A stretch of 64,000 nucleotides of DNA from an uncultured Methanosarcinales archaeon (GCA_964402995.1 CAYOEA010000002.1:36558-100557); one strand, 5' to 3'. Shown: positions 50,027 through 59,629, counted from the first letter of the stretch. Translations and numbers: made by a program. Notes: generated by a model not told the origin, from the sequence alone.

Positions 50027-50841
50027 TTTTTCTTCTCGCTAGTTTTAGTAATTTTTTCTTCTTGTACTTTGTAATCGGAAGTGAAAATTTTTGATTCTTC
50101 AAAAAATTTAATTGCTGATTCAGTGAATAAAGTCATTCTACCTGGAACTCCACCTGGAGCAAGTAAATCAACATTTAACTCTGATACACTAGTTATATCA
50201 ACGCCAGGAAGATTTCCTGCAGCTCGAACTAGTTCTTTACTTGGTTTATCAGTAACAATTAAAACACCAATAGTGTCTTTTTTCTTAGATCTTAAAAGTT
50301 CATCAGCAAAACCAATTGCTTCAAGGTTTTGAACTAATTCTTTAGTTTGTTTTAATGAAGAGATTTTATCTTCAATGATAAAAGGAAAATTATCAGGTGT
50401 TTGGTGATTTCTGAATTTAACTAGATCTAAGTTCATAGTTGCTGAGATTGAAGATAAAATTGCTTTTCTTCTTTCTTTTCTGTTAATTCCTTCATCCCAA
50501 ATTTTATCAGCTTTAGGAGGATGTGCTCTTCTTCCGCCAACAGTTCCTGGTGCAAATGCTCCAACCCACATCATTCTAGTTCCTCTTCTAGAAAGAATCT
50601 TTCTAGGAACTCTTGAAATACCTGCGCCGTATGAACCTCTGTATTTTTTTCTTCTTCTTGATAATTCGGAAGAAGATCTTTTTCCAGCTCTTGGATCTGC
50701 GCCGTAAGGTTGAATTTTACTTTTTTGAATAGATAAGAATGCTCTTTTTATTAAGTCCTTTCTTAAAGGTTCGACAAACTGTCTAGGTAAAGTGATAGTT
50801 CCTGTTTCAGTTTTGCTTAAGTTTAATATTTTGAGTTTCAT
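50023..50841 (-). CDS. rpl4: 50S ribosomal protein uL4
   Basis: G.G.SRVPR, PGTVGGRRAHPPK, NLPGVD, LAPGG.PGR.T. Confidence 0.96.
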   Translation of the reverse strand: MKLKILNLSKTETGTITLPRQFVEPLRKDLIKRAFLSIQKSKIQPYGADPRAGKRSSSELSRRRKKYRGSYGAGISRVPRKILSRRGTRMMWVGAFAPGTVGGRRAHPPKADKIWDEGINRKERRKAILSSISATMNLDLVKFRNHQTPDNFPFIIEDKISSLKQTKELVQNLEAIGFADELLRSKKKDTIGVLIVTDKPSKELVRAAGNLPGVDITSVSELNVDLLAPGGVPGRMTLFTESAIKFFEESKIFTSDYKVQEEKITKTSEKKK

Positions 50842-51782
50842 TGTATAGCCAGTTTATGTTTTGTTGATTTTGCTCTTTTAGGTTTAGTCATGATTAATAG
50901 TCTTTTTTTAGGACCTGCAACTGAACCGTGTATAAGAATAAATGTTGATTTAATATTTCCATATTTATGAAAGTCTACACCATATTTTTCAACTTCGTTT
51001 GAAATTTCTAAAACTTGTTTGTTATATTCAACTCTTTGATGGTAACCTGTTTGACCTGCGTGAGGTACTTTCCAAGAAATATGTTGTTGTCTAACCCATG
51101 GACCTAATGAACCAGGGTTTCTAATACTTTTTTCTGATTTGTGACTTCTTCTACCAATTCCAAATCTTTTCATAGGACCTTGGAAACCTTTTCCTTTAGT
51201 TATACCATGAACATCAACAAAGTTGTTAGGACCAAAAACAGAATCAAAAGCAAACTCCTTATCAGCATTTTCTTTTAAGTAAGTTACTTTTTCAGTATTA
51301 GTACCGCCTAAAGCGATTTCAAAAATTTCAGGTTTCTTTTTTCCAAATCCTGCTTTTTTAGGTTGAGTATAAACAGTTACAGTAATATTATCATATAAGT
51401 CTGGATTAATTGAATCTAAATCTGCTTTATTTTCTTTTCCAGTTGTAGTTTTTCTTAGAAGTTCTTTTTCAGTTTTAAAAAAAATTTCCTTTATAAGGAC
51501 AGTTGCTGCGTTTTCTTTTTGATAAAAACGAGCAGAAGCGAATCTCATTGGTGGGCATTCAAGAATTGTTACTGGAACACTCATTAATTCACCTTTAAGA
51601 TGAGAATTTTTATTTTCATTAACAGCCATTATATGAGTCATACCGACTTTATAACCTGCGAATGCTGAAGGTTTAACATCTTTTGAAACAAACCAAGATC
51701 TAACTCTTGCGTACATTCTTGTAGCACGTTTTCGTCTCCAAAACTGTAAACTTCCTTTTCTTGGGCGTCTTATTGTTGGCAT
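50838..51782 (-). CDS. rpl3: 50S ribosomal protein uL3
   Basis: PRKGSL, FAGYKVGMTH, TKGKGFQGPMKRFG, AGQTGYHQR. Confidence 0.97.
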   Translation of the reverse strand: MPTIRRPRKGSLQFWRRKRATRMYARVRSWFVSKDVKPSAFAGYKVGMTHIMAVNENKNSHLKGELMSVPVTILECPPMRFASARFYQKENAATVLIKEIFFKTEKELLRKTTTGKENKADLDSINPDLYDNITVTVYTQPKKAGFGKKKPEIFEIALGGTNTEKVTYLKENADKEFAFDSVFGPNNFVDVHGITKGKGFQGPMKRFGIGRRSHKSEKSIRNPGSLGPWVRQQHISWKVPHAGQTGYHQRVEYNKQVLEISNEVEKYGVDFHKYGNIKSTFILIHGSVAGPKKRLLIMTKPKRAKSTKHKLAIQ

Positions 51783-51802
51783 TTATGTTTCCTCATTTAA
51801 TT

Positions 51803-51869
51803 TGCCTTGAAAAATGTTGTTCTCAGAAATCGTGTAATACGAGTACTGAAAAAGGTTCTTCCCCAGGCA
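51803..51869 (-). promoter_or_regulatory. structured 5' leader of the S10 operon (candidate ribosomal-protein leader)
   Basis: Nested pairings UGCCU/AGGCA, UUUUCAG/CUGAGAA and UCGU/ACGA between a TTTATAAA box (51927-51934) and the GAGG SD. Confidence 0.55.
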
Positions 51870-51973
51870 TTGACTATAAATCCAAATTATTATTAACTTG
51901 AACTTTCATTACGAAATTCTAGTTCGTTTATAAAGATTGTGATTGTAAAATGACGAAATAAGTGAAATCATAC

Positions 51974-53584
51974 CTATTTGTCTTGACTTATATTCTTTTT
52001 TGTGTCAGACGCCACTTTAATTTGCTTTTTTGAATCTTTTTTCGCTTTAGCGTTTTTAGATTTTACAACTTTTTTATTCTTTGCAGCATCTTTAGATTTA
52101 AATATAGTATACATTAAAGGATTTTTCACTCTACGACAAAATTCATCAGGTGTACAAACCCTCATATCTTTGTAATAAGCCTTATTATCGCAATTAGGTG
52201 GTGGAGGTACTTTTTTATTTTTATTTAGTTCTTTATACCTTAATTGACCATTTATGTAGACTTGGCGTAATTCCTCAACATTTAGTTTATTCCATTCATC
52301 AAGACGTGTTCTGATTTCAGCCATATTCCAACCTACATTAAGTAAAAAGTTAGATAATACAAATATAGCTCTTTTTTTACCATCTTCAATACCTTTTAGT
52401 ATATTCTTTATACATGGAGGAAATAATTCTTCAGAAATAGCCTCGGAAATCTCATCATACTCTTTTTGCTCTCTTTCTTTTTTGAAATTGTGCTCTTCTT
52501 CTACTTCAACATTAAAATCATACGCTTGAAGAACTAAAGTGTCTGTTTGATTTTTAGGAGCATCTTTATCTAAGAATTTTGATAAAATTTTGACATTATC
52601 TGGCTTTGCACTCTCTTTATTAAAAGTTAGAATATCACTTAAAGGAATAGGAACAGATACTAATTGCGATTTTTCATGAAATGAAAAAGGCATTCTGAAT
52701 AAATGCCGAGATGAAATAAGAAGAGTATCTAATTCAATTATAGCAAATGGGTTAAATTGAGAAATATAATCTTTTTTAGGATTTACCTTACTAGGGCTAC
52801 AATTACAAAGAGACTTTAATATTTTTTTCTCTATTATTTTAGAACATTTAGGACAAACAAGATAATTTTTTTCTTCAGTTGATTTAATAGAATAGCCACA
52901 CACACAATCAAAACTTGCAATATGAACTTTATCTGCTTTAATTCTAACTTTACAATTCTTACAAGATGTTTGAACTAATTCCTCTTTTTTATCAGGAAAT
53001 AGTTCATGTAATTTAGATAATGATATTTCATAACCATCAAATGAAATAATATCTCCTTTTACTTCAATGAATTTTCTGATATAATCTAAAAGATACTTTG
53101 CAATACGCATGGGAGCTTCAGGAAATAATTTTTTTGTATCTTTACCACCTATTTTGTCAGGGAATGCTTCAAAAGGAACTGCTATGTGAAAACCTTTGTT
53201 TCCAGAGAACTTTGCAGAAATAGATACTATATTGTGTGCTTGTAAAGCTTTAACAACTAAATGAGCTGTTAATTTAGAAAAATCCCAATTAGGACAATCA
53301 ATGTCTAAAACTAAATCCCAACCTTTTCTTAGTTCATCAAGATCAATTGGTTTAAGATTTGTGCCTAATTGAAGAGGGTTATACCATCTTTCTTCAGAAC
53401 AATGAAAAGAAGTTGTGCCTCTTTTTGCATGAGCAAGAATATCGCTGTTATAATTCAAAGTATCAGGACGTTTACCAAAACGATCATTATAACGAACTGC
53501 AACCTCTCTATCTTCAGCTACACGAAGTATTTCATTCTGAATATCTTCTCGCTTATAGAATTTTAAAGTTGTACTTATGAACAT
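51974..53584 (-). CDS. fused DNA primase PriS-PriL (DPANN type)
   Basis: AEP motifs WDLVLDID and KFSGNKGFH, RHLFRMPFS; PriL Fe-S domain FPPCI...PPPNC...C...C..KNPL. Confidence 0.9.
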   Translation of the reverse strand: MFISTTLKFYKREDIQNEILRVAEDREVAVRYNDRFGKRPDTLNYNSDILAHAKRGTTSFHCSEERWYNPLQLGTNLKPIDLDELRKGWDLVLDIDCPNWDFSKLTAHLVVKALQAHNIVSISAKFSGNKGFHIAVPFEAFPDKIGGKDTKKLFPEAPMRIAKYLLDYIRKFIEVKGDIISFDGYEISLSKLHELFPDKKEELVQTSCKNCKVRIKADKVHIASFDCVCGYSIKSTEEKNYLVCPKCSKIIEKKILKSLCNCSPSKVNPKKDYISQFNPFAIIELDTLLISSRHLFRMPFSFHEKSQLVSVPIPLSDILTFNKESAKPDNVKILSKFLDKDAPKNQTDTLVLQAYDFNVEVEEEHNFKKEREQKEYDEISEAISEELFPPCIKNILKGIEDGKKRAIFVLSNFLLNVGWNMAEIRTRLDEWNKLNVEELRQVYINGQLRYKELNKNKKVPPPPNCDNKAYYKDMRVCTPDEFCRRVKNPLMYTIFKSKDAAKNKKVVKSKNAKAKKDSKKQIKVASDTKKNISQDK

Positions 53585-53689
53585 AGTTATATAGAATGGG
53601 TTGCTTATTTAAATGTTTAATTTATATCTAAAGTGGATATTAGAACATAAGCGAAAGAGTTAATAAGATTGTTCTTTTAAAATAATAAA

Positions 53690-53926
53690 ATGAATATACT
53701 ATATGTATTAATAAAAGTTTCTCACGGAAAATTAAAAGTTGTTAGTTCAAAACTTAGAAGTTATGAAGAAATAATTGAAGTTCATGAAATATACGGCAGA
53801 TATGATATTATTGCTAAAGTTGTTTTAGAAAATGAAGGTGAAATGAGAAAATTTATGCAAAATAAACTTCTAATAACAGAAGGAATGATTGGAACAGAAA
53901 CACTTGTTGTTCTAAAAGAAGAATAA
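53690..53926 (+). CDS. stand-alone Lrp/AsnC ligand-binding (RAM) domain protein
   Basis: EVHEIYGRYDIIAKV...TETL. Confidence 0.85.
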   Translation: MNILYVLIKVSHGKLKVVSSKLRSYEEIIEVHEIYGRYDIIAKVVLENEGEMRKFMQNKLLITEGMIGTETLVVLKEE

Positions 53927-53927
53927 A

Positions 53928-56141
53928 TTAAATATATTTTGAGTCTATAACTTCTCTTATCTTTTTAGATTTTTTATTACCAACTAAATCAACAGTTGTT
54001 AGATCTAATTCAGAAGCGGATAAAATTTTAGAAGGCGAACCAAATTTTTCCAAAAGAGGTTTTGCTAAAGTTGTTCCAATACCTGGTAAAGAACTAATAA
54101 AATATTCTTGTTGTTCTTTAAGAGATAAAGGTTTAGAAGAATGCATTTGAAATTCTTTTTTATCAAGATTTAATTCCCTTTTTGCAAGAAGTTTAATGTA
54201 CTCTGCAGAATCAATAGGATTTTTAGTGAAAATTATAGGTATCTTAAAAGCAGTTGTCAAAGTTGAAATCATACCTCTAATCGCATTTTGATTGATGTTT
54301 CTTTGCGAATAAATATCTTCATCACCTTCAATCATAATTATTGGTTTTAAGAATTGAGTTAAATCTTTTGCTTGGTGTAATATTCTACCATCAATAATTG
54401 AATCAACAAAATCTTTTTTAGTTTTGAATTCAATAACCACATCATCGGAAATTCTATAATCTCCAACAGATAAAGATTTTAAATCTAAAATAACATTATC
54501 ATCAGAAAGACGTTTCATAACACGAGACCCTTTTTCTCTATAATCAACAACAACTTTAAGTTCTGGTTCATTATTTTTAGCATAAGAATCTAAATTTGAA
54601 TTCTTTTCTTTATTAGCATTAACAACTAAATTAGAAAATTTATTTTTTAATTTAATTAAATTAGCGTGCATTTTCTTTTCTTTATGAAAAGCAGACCATC
54701 TATAAGCCTCATCACGTGTTTTTCTAGTCATTAAAATGAAAACTTTTCCCTTTTCCAACCTACCTGTTCTTCCTCTTCTTTGAATGGTTCTAATAGCAGA
54801 GGGTACAGGCTCATAAAAAATAACTAAATCGACTTGAGGAATATCAAGACCTTCTTCACCAACTGAAGTGCTTATTAAACAATTAAAATCACCATTCGAA
54901 AATTCATCAATAATTTGTTTTTGTTCTTTTTGAGAAAGTCCTTTACCGTCAGATTTTCCTTGACCTATAAACATTTTTGAAGAAATATTTTGTTTTTCAA
55001 GTAAAGATTGAATAGTAGACGAACCACTTCTATATTGGGTGAAAATAATTATTTTGACATTTGGATTCTTAGTTTTTTCGTTTACAACAATATCTTCTAA
55101 AGCTTTAATTTTAGGATGAATTATACCTTTAGAAATCATGGTTTCAACTTTCATTTTAGCTAAAGTGAATTCAGTATCAGAAACAAGATTTTTTACAGCT
55201 TTAACTGTTGTAGTTTTTGCTTGATCTTCAAGCTTTTCTAAATATTTTTGAAGAGGTTCTAAGCCTTGAGATTCCAATAATTCAAGACCATGTTGGATTT
55301 TCATAATCTCAGCAAGAAGACTTATAGATTTTAATATTTCAAAAGATTTTTCACCTGAAGAAATGAGACCTCTGAGTTCTGCTTGGATTGTAAGAAGAGC
55401 AGTTTTAGTAAGACTAGAATAATCGCCTGAAAAATAACCTAAATCCTTTACTTCACGAACCTTTCGTTTTATAGCAGTCTCAAGATGAACTTTTACTTCT
55501 CCAAAATTTTCAGGAAAATCAACTTCAAACCATTTAACTTCGACATCTTGAACATGAGGTTTAATATCAGGATCAGTTTCAGTTCTAATTTCTATGTTTT
55601 GAACGAATAAATTCGTACAAACTTCTTCAACTTTAGACATCTCAGAACCAGGAGATGCTGTCAAAGCTAAGATTCTAGAATGATCAGCTTTCTTCTCATA
55701 TTGTTTTGCAACAAATACATACGCATAGTCTTTTACTGCTCTATGTGCTTCATCAACAACCAATAAACTTACTTTATTTAAAGATAATCTATTAGAAAGA
55801 ATATCATTTTCCAATCCTTGGGGAGTTGAAATGATAATTTTTGCTTTTTCAAATAATTCAACACGTTTTTCAGGTTTTACAAAACCAGTAAATAATACTA
55901 TTTCTTCTTCTTTCAGATTAAAATGTTTTTTGAAGGTTTTAAGATGCTGTTCTACAAGAGGTCTTGTAGGAGCTAAAATAAGAATTTTTGAATTAGAATA
56001 AAGAGATAATCTGTGTGCTGCGAGGAGAAGTGCAATTACAGTTTTTCCAAGACCTGTTGGTAAAACAACCAAAGTATTATCTTTAGAAGCAGATTTAAAG
56101 ATTGATTCTTGATATGATCTTGGTTTAAAGTCTTTTATCAT
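53928..56141 (-). CDS. hef: Hef (FANCM-like) helicase / ERCC4 nuclease
   Basis: LPTGLGKT, DEAH, TASP, QRRGRTGR, VDYRE, GDY...EFKT, HhH pair. Confidence 0.95.
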   Translation of the reverse strand: MIKDFKPRSYQESIFKSASKDNTLVVLPTGLGKTVIALLLAAHRLSLYSNSKILILAPTRPLVEQHLKTFKKHFNLKEEEIVLFTGFVKPEKRVELFEKAKIIISTPQGLENDILSNRLSLNKVSLLVVDEAHRAVKDYAYVFVAKQYEKKADHSRILALTASPGSEMSKVEEVCTNLFVQNIEIRTETDPDIKPHVQDVEVKWFEVDFPENFGEVKVHLETAIKRKVREVKDLGYFSGDYSSLTKTALLTIQAELRGLISSGEKSFEILKSISLLAEIMKIQHGLELLESQGLEPLQKYLEKLEDQAKTTTVKAVKNLVSDTEFTLAKMKVETMISKGIIHPKIKALEDIVVNEKTKNPNVKIIIFTQYRSGSSTIQSLLEKQNISSKMFIGQGKSDGKGLSQKEQKQIIDEFSNGDFNCLISTSVGEEGLDIPQVDLVIFYEPVPSAIRTIQRRGRTGRLEKGKVFILMTRKTRDEAYRWSAFHKEKKMHANLIKLKNKFSNLVVNANKEKNSNLDSYAKNNEPELKVVVDYREKGSRVMKRLSDDNVILDLKSLSVGDYRISDDVVIEFKTKKDFVDSIIDGRILHQAKDLTQFLKPIIMIEGDEDIYSQRNINQNAIRGMISTLTTAFKIPIIFTKNPIDSAEYIKLLAKRELNLDKKEFQMHSSKPLSLKEQQEYFISSLPGIGTTLAKPLLEKFGSPSKILSASELDLTTVDLVGNKKSKKIREVIDSKYI

Positions 56142-56241
56142 AAATTTTCCTCATAAAACTTTATTACTTTCACGAAGAAGAGAAATTGCTCCTAACTTTA
56201 AAAGTATTATCCAAGAATGTCCAGTGTAAATAAAATTTAAT

Positions 56242-56277
56242 AAAAAAAGATTGCACAACGAACTTAATCGTTGGCAA
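56242..56277 (-). terminator. hairpin plus U-tract downstream of the cc1-like gene
   Basis: TTGC(A)CAACGA-ACTTAA-TCGTTGGCAA inverted repeat followed on the minus strand by TCTTTTTTT. Confidence 0.55.
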
Positions 56278-56293
56278 GATTAAACTATAAGAA

Positions 56294-56527
56294 TTATTTT
56301 CTACCTCTAGCCATGATAGCACGTGAGATATCGCCATCTTTATCAACAAAGTAAAGATAACCTGATTCTTTTTTAGCAGCTACTTTTGCTACTTTTTCAG
56401 CTTTTTGTTTTCCTTTTTTTCCGCCACCACGCGACATTACAGCTCGTGATACATCACCATCTTTATCAACGAAATATAGGTAACCTGATTCTTTTTTAAC
56501 ACCAGCTTTTGCAACTTTTTCAGCCAT
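56294..56527 (-). CDS. Cc1-family small chromatin protein (tandem repeat)
   Basis: Two copies of AEKVAK...KKESGYLYFVDKDGD(V/I)SRA.M.RG; start at ATG 56527. Confidence 0.75.
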   Translation of the reverse strand: MAEKVAKAGVKKESGYLYFVDKDGDVSRAVMSRGGGKKGKQKAEKVAKVAAKKESGYLYFVDKDGDISRAIMARGRK

Positions 56528-56643
56528 TTTTAACATACCCCTCATAGCGAAGAATAAGCTCCTCGTCTATAAAAAAACTAATTATTTACTTATATTTTGA
56601 TTAGAGTTTATTTAAATTTTTCGAAATTTTTCGACGTGAAACC

Positions 56644-56952
56644 TTAATTCTGGGCATAAAAATGCTTGTTAAGCCATTTTTTGAGAAATTTTCCAAAGAA
56701 TAATCCAACTAAAAAAAGCACTAAAATCCATAAATTAAAGCCTACAACTATCATATATCCTATTACAAAAGCTAAAGATAAAAATGTGTATGGAAAATCT
56801 AAACCTGTAAATCTATATGCAGTAGATGTTATTACACCAAATAAAAAAATAACTATTAATTTTAAAATAAAACTTTTAACAATTAAAGAAAATACTATAC
56901 CTAAAACTAAGAATAATAAAAGAAATAATTCAAAACCGATCGGTAAAACCAT
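56644..56952 (-). CDS. small hypothetical membrane protein
   Basis: Almost entirely hydrophobic, about 4 TM. Confidence 0.6.
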   Translation of the reverse strand: MVLPIGFELFLLLFLVLGIVFSLIVKSFILKLIVIFLFGVITSTAYRFTGLDFPYTFLSLAFVIGYMIVVGFNLWILVLFLVGLFFGKFLKKWLNKHFYAQN

Positions 56953-57008
56953 GTTATTTTTGTTTAATTTGTAAATATATTTAAATTATTACTGAATTCT
57001 AAATTAGG

Positions 57009-57278
57009 ATGATAATATTTAAAATGTTGGGTTTTTTAGATTTTTTAAGCCTAATTGCAATGGTTTTATTAGTAAATGGAGCAATTCCGTGGCGAGTTGG
57101 GATGATTTTTGCAGCATACTTATTGATAAAAGGTTTTGCATTCAAAGGAGATTTCGCAAGTGTTGTAGATATGACTATTGGAGTTTACATTATATTAATA
57201 CCTGTTTTTTCAGTAAAATTTTTCACAATCATATTTGCAATTTATCTTGGACAAAAAGCATTTGTTAGCCTTTTCTAA
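57009..57278 (+). CDS. small hypothetical membrane protein
   Basis: Hydrophobic, with LG.LD, YLLIKG..F..DFAS..D, L.QK pattern. Confidence 0.65.
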   Translation: MIIFKMLGFLDFLSLIAMVLLVNGAIPWRVGMIFAAYLLIKGFAFKGDFASVVDMTIGVYIILIPVFSVKFFTIIFAIYLGQKAFVSLF

Positions 57279-58051
57279 AAATTTCCATCAATTATTCTTG
57301 AGAAAAAGAAAAAGATGATCGCTCCTAAAACAGCTGCCAATAATAAAAGCCAAAAACTGTTTAAAATTGTTATTAAGAAATAAATTAATCCTATATAACA
57401 TATTAATGAAGCAAAAATAAAAACATATAATTGTCTTGAAAAGAAAAATATTGTAAATCCTGGAGTTGAACCATCACCTAATTTCATACCTGAAATTGTT
57501 GGAATTGGAAGCATAGAAAAAAATGCGAACAATAAATTTAATTTTACAAATAATAATAAAAGGTATGAAGGAAATTGTAAATAAATTAATCCTACAAGCA
57601 TTGCAACACCAATATTTCCTACAACACCCCAAATAGATAAAGTTGAAATTTCTCTCATATTAGTACCATATCTAAAATGACCTAAACGTAATTTCTTATC
57701 ATGTTTATAATATACTGAATTTGGAAATAAGAAAGGAATAAAACCAAATGAAATAAAGGATAATAATAAACCAATTAACACACCAGGAAGCCACCAATGA
57801 AATTTCATAGTATAACCTCTATCTATCGCAGCCATTTTTTGAAGAGTAAATTGAATTAGCATTGCAGAAATAATTATTATTGTAGAAAAAAACCAATTGG
57901 TAAAACCTAATATCGCATTAAATGTATCTCCACCCCACATTCTAAAAGATAAAATGAAACCAAAAATAATTGCTGTTAAAAAAAGTTGCCTTTGTTCACT
58001 AACACTATATTTGAAGTAAACTTTAGAATGTGCAATTAGGTTGTTAAACAT
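57275..58051 (-). CDS. M50 (site-2 protease)-like membrane protein, catalytic motif apparently lost
   Basis: NLLFAFFSMLPIP resembles the N-x-x-x-A-x-F-N-L-L-P motif; IQFTLQK sits where HExxH is expected. Confidence 0.55.
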   Translation of the reverse strand: MFNNLIAHSKVYFKYSVSEQRQLFLTAIIFGFILSFRMWGGDTFNAILGFTNWFFSTIIIISAMLIQFTLQKMAAIDRGYTMKFHWWLPGVLIGLLLSFISFGFIPFLFPNSVYYKHDKKLRLGHFRYGTNMREISTLSIWGVVGNIGVAMLVGLIYLQFPSYLLLLFVKLNLLFAFFSMLPIPTISGMKLGDGSTPGFTIFFFSRQLYVFIFASLICYIGLIYFLITILNSFWLLLLAAVLGAIIFFFFSRIIDGNF

Positions 58052-58087
58052 AATGTGAAGATTACAAAACACAATTTAAATAATTTA

Positions 58088-58798
58088 TTATTTTAAAGAA
58101 AGATTAGATTGTTCTAATTTCTTGAAATATTTTTTCATACCAGCCTCATGACCAGCACCAATTATAACCATTATTTTTTTATCAGGATTTTTATTTATTA
58201 AATGAAATAATTTTTTAGCCATAAATTTATCTCTATCATCAATTAAAGCAGAATAAAGACCAGGATATGAATCTTTAACTTGAGTTATTAAAGTTGAAAT
58301 TAAATCTTGAGAAGGTATTTTGTTTAAATCAAACTTGATTTTAGGTCCTTTTTTAAATACTAAACCCATAAATAAATCTTTGAATAATCTTAATTTTTCT
58401 TTAAACGAAAATTTTCTAGAAAAATTTCTAAGAGTAATTTGAATATCTTGATCTATTAAAGCAAGTAATTTATCATTTGTTTTAGCAAGTTTAATTCCTT
58501 GAATCATATCAGATCCAGGCTCCATACCAACAATTGAACCTAATTTCTTTTGAATAAATCTACCAATTATAAGAAAAAAGAAACCAGTAACACCAATTTT
58601 TGGAATTAAAGATAAAGACATGGATGATTTTTGTTTAGAATTTTGTTTGTTTTGATTAGAAAATATGCTGTGAAAACGTTTAACATCGAGTTCAACTGCT
58701 ATTATATCAGGATTAAATTCTTTAAATGTAGTATTAATTTTAGAAACTGATAACTTAGAAATGTGAGATGTTCCTATTATCTTTAAATTTGGGTTCAT
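58088..58798 (-). CDS. TraB/PrgY-family protein
   Basis: IIGTSHIS, AVELD..R, G..PGSDM, LIDQDI.ITL, LIDDRD..MA, IIGAGH. Confidence 0.92.
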   Translation of the reverse strand: MNPNLKIIGTSHISKLSVSKINTTFKEFNPDIIAVELDVKRFHSIFSNQNKQNSKQKSSMSLSLIPKIGVTGFFFLIIGRFIQKKLGSIVGMEPGSDMIQGIKLAKTNDKLLALIDQDIQITLRNFSRKFSFKEKLRLFKDLFMGLVFKKGPKIKFDLNKIPSQDLISTLITQVKDSYPGLYSALIDDRDKFMAKKLFHLINKNPDKKIMVIIGAGHEAGMKKYFKKLEQSNLSLK

Positions 58799-58828
58799 AA
58801 TAAAAGTAAAATGAATTTATTTAAAAAA

Positions 58829-59629
58829 TTAGTTTTTAAGATTTAGATTCTTAGTAGCTAAACCAAAAAGACTTGAAAGTGTTTCACTAAAGAACTCTGT
58901 ATTTGCCCAAATACCAACATCATAATTCGGATGAACAGTATTATCGTCCATTAACATAAACATTACTTGTTTATCATCAATAATACAAAATCTTCCTTTA
59001 CCTGTATAATCAATCACTTTAGCAAATTTTTCCATGTTTTTAAGTAAATCTTTAGTTTTAGAAGTTAAAGCAGTTGCAATTTTTATTGAAACTCCTCTTT
59101 TATTTGCTTTTTCAAATGATTTTGAAAGTAAAGATAATTTTCTTAAGGCACCTTCTTCAGATGTAACAAGTAAAACTGATTTTTCTGCACTTTTAATCAT
59201 CATATCTAAATGTGAATAAAGTCTATCTCTGCCTTTTAATGATGCAGTAATTTCAGCAGGATCAACAAGTGATACTCCTTCTGTATGAAGTGTATTTAAT
59301 TCAGTTAATAAATCTGATTCTTTAAGTTTATTAAGACTAGATAATTGAGATGTAGTATCATCTTGGATTTTTTTCTTAACTCTTTCCAAGACTTCTTCTG
59401 GAGGAACTGCTAAGTATTTTATAGGTTTTCCAATTTTCATTATGATAAAACCTTTTTTTTCAAGGCTTTCTAGAACGTCATAACTTCTACTTCTTGGAAC
59501 ATTTGCAATATCACTTAATTCACCTGCAGTACTTACACCTCGTGAAAGTAAAGCGGTCCAAATTTTAGCTTCATAAGTATTCAAACCAAAATCTTTGATT
59601 TTTTTTAAAAATTCATTTTGAACGAGCAT
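58829..59629 (-). CDS. TrmB-family transcription regulator / chromatin protein (paralogue B)
   Basis: FGLNTYEAKIWTALLSRG...VPRSRSYDVLESLEKKGF; GGAG SD before ATG 59629. Confidence 0.9.
   Translation of the reverse strand: MLVQNEFLKKIKDFGLNTYEAKIWTALLSRGVSTAGELSDIANVPRSRSYDVLESLEKKGFIIMKIGKPIKYLAVPPEEVLERVKKKIQDDTTSQLSSLNKLKESDLLTELNTLHTEGVSLVDPAEITASLKGRDRLYSHLDMMIKSAEKSVLLVTSEEGALRKLSLLSKSFEKANKRGVSIKIATALTSKTKDLLKNMEKFAKVIDYTGKGRFCIIDDKQVMFMLMDDNTVHPNYDVGIWANTEFFSETLSSLFGLATKNLNLKN

Noticed and set aside
56666-56974. Plus-strand 102-aa ORF
   Set aside because: Lys/Asn/Ile-rich mirror of the hydrophobic minus-strand gene at 56644-56952.
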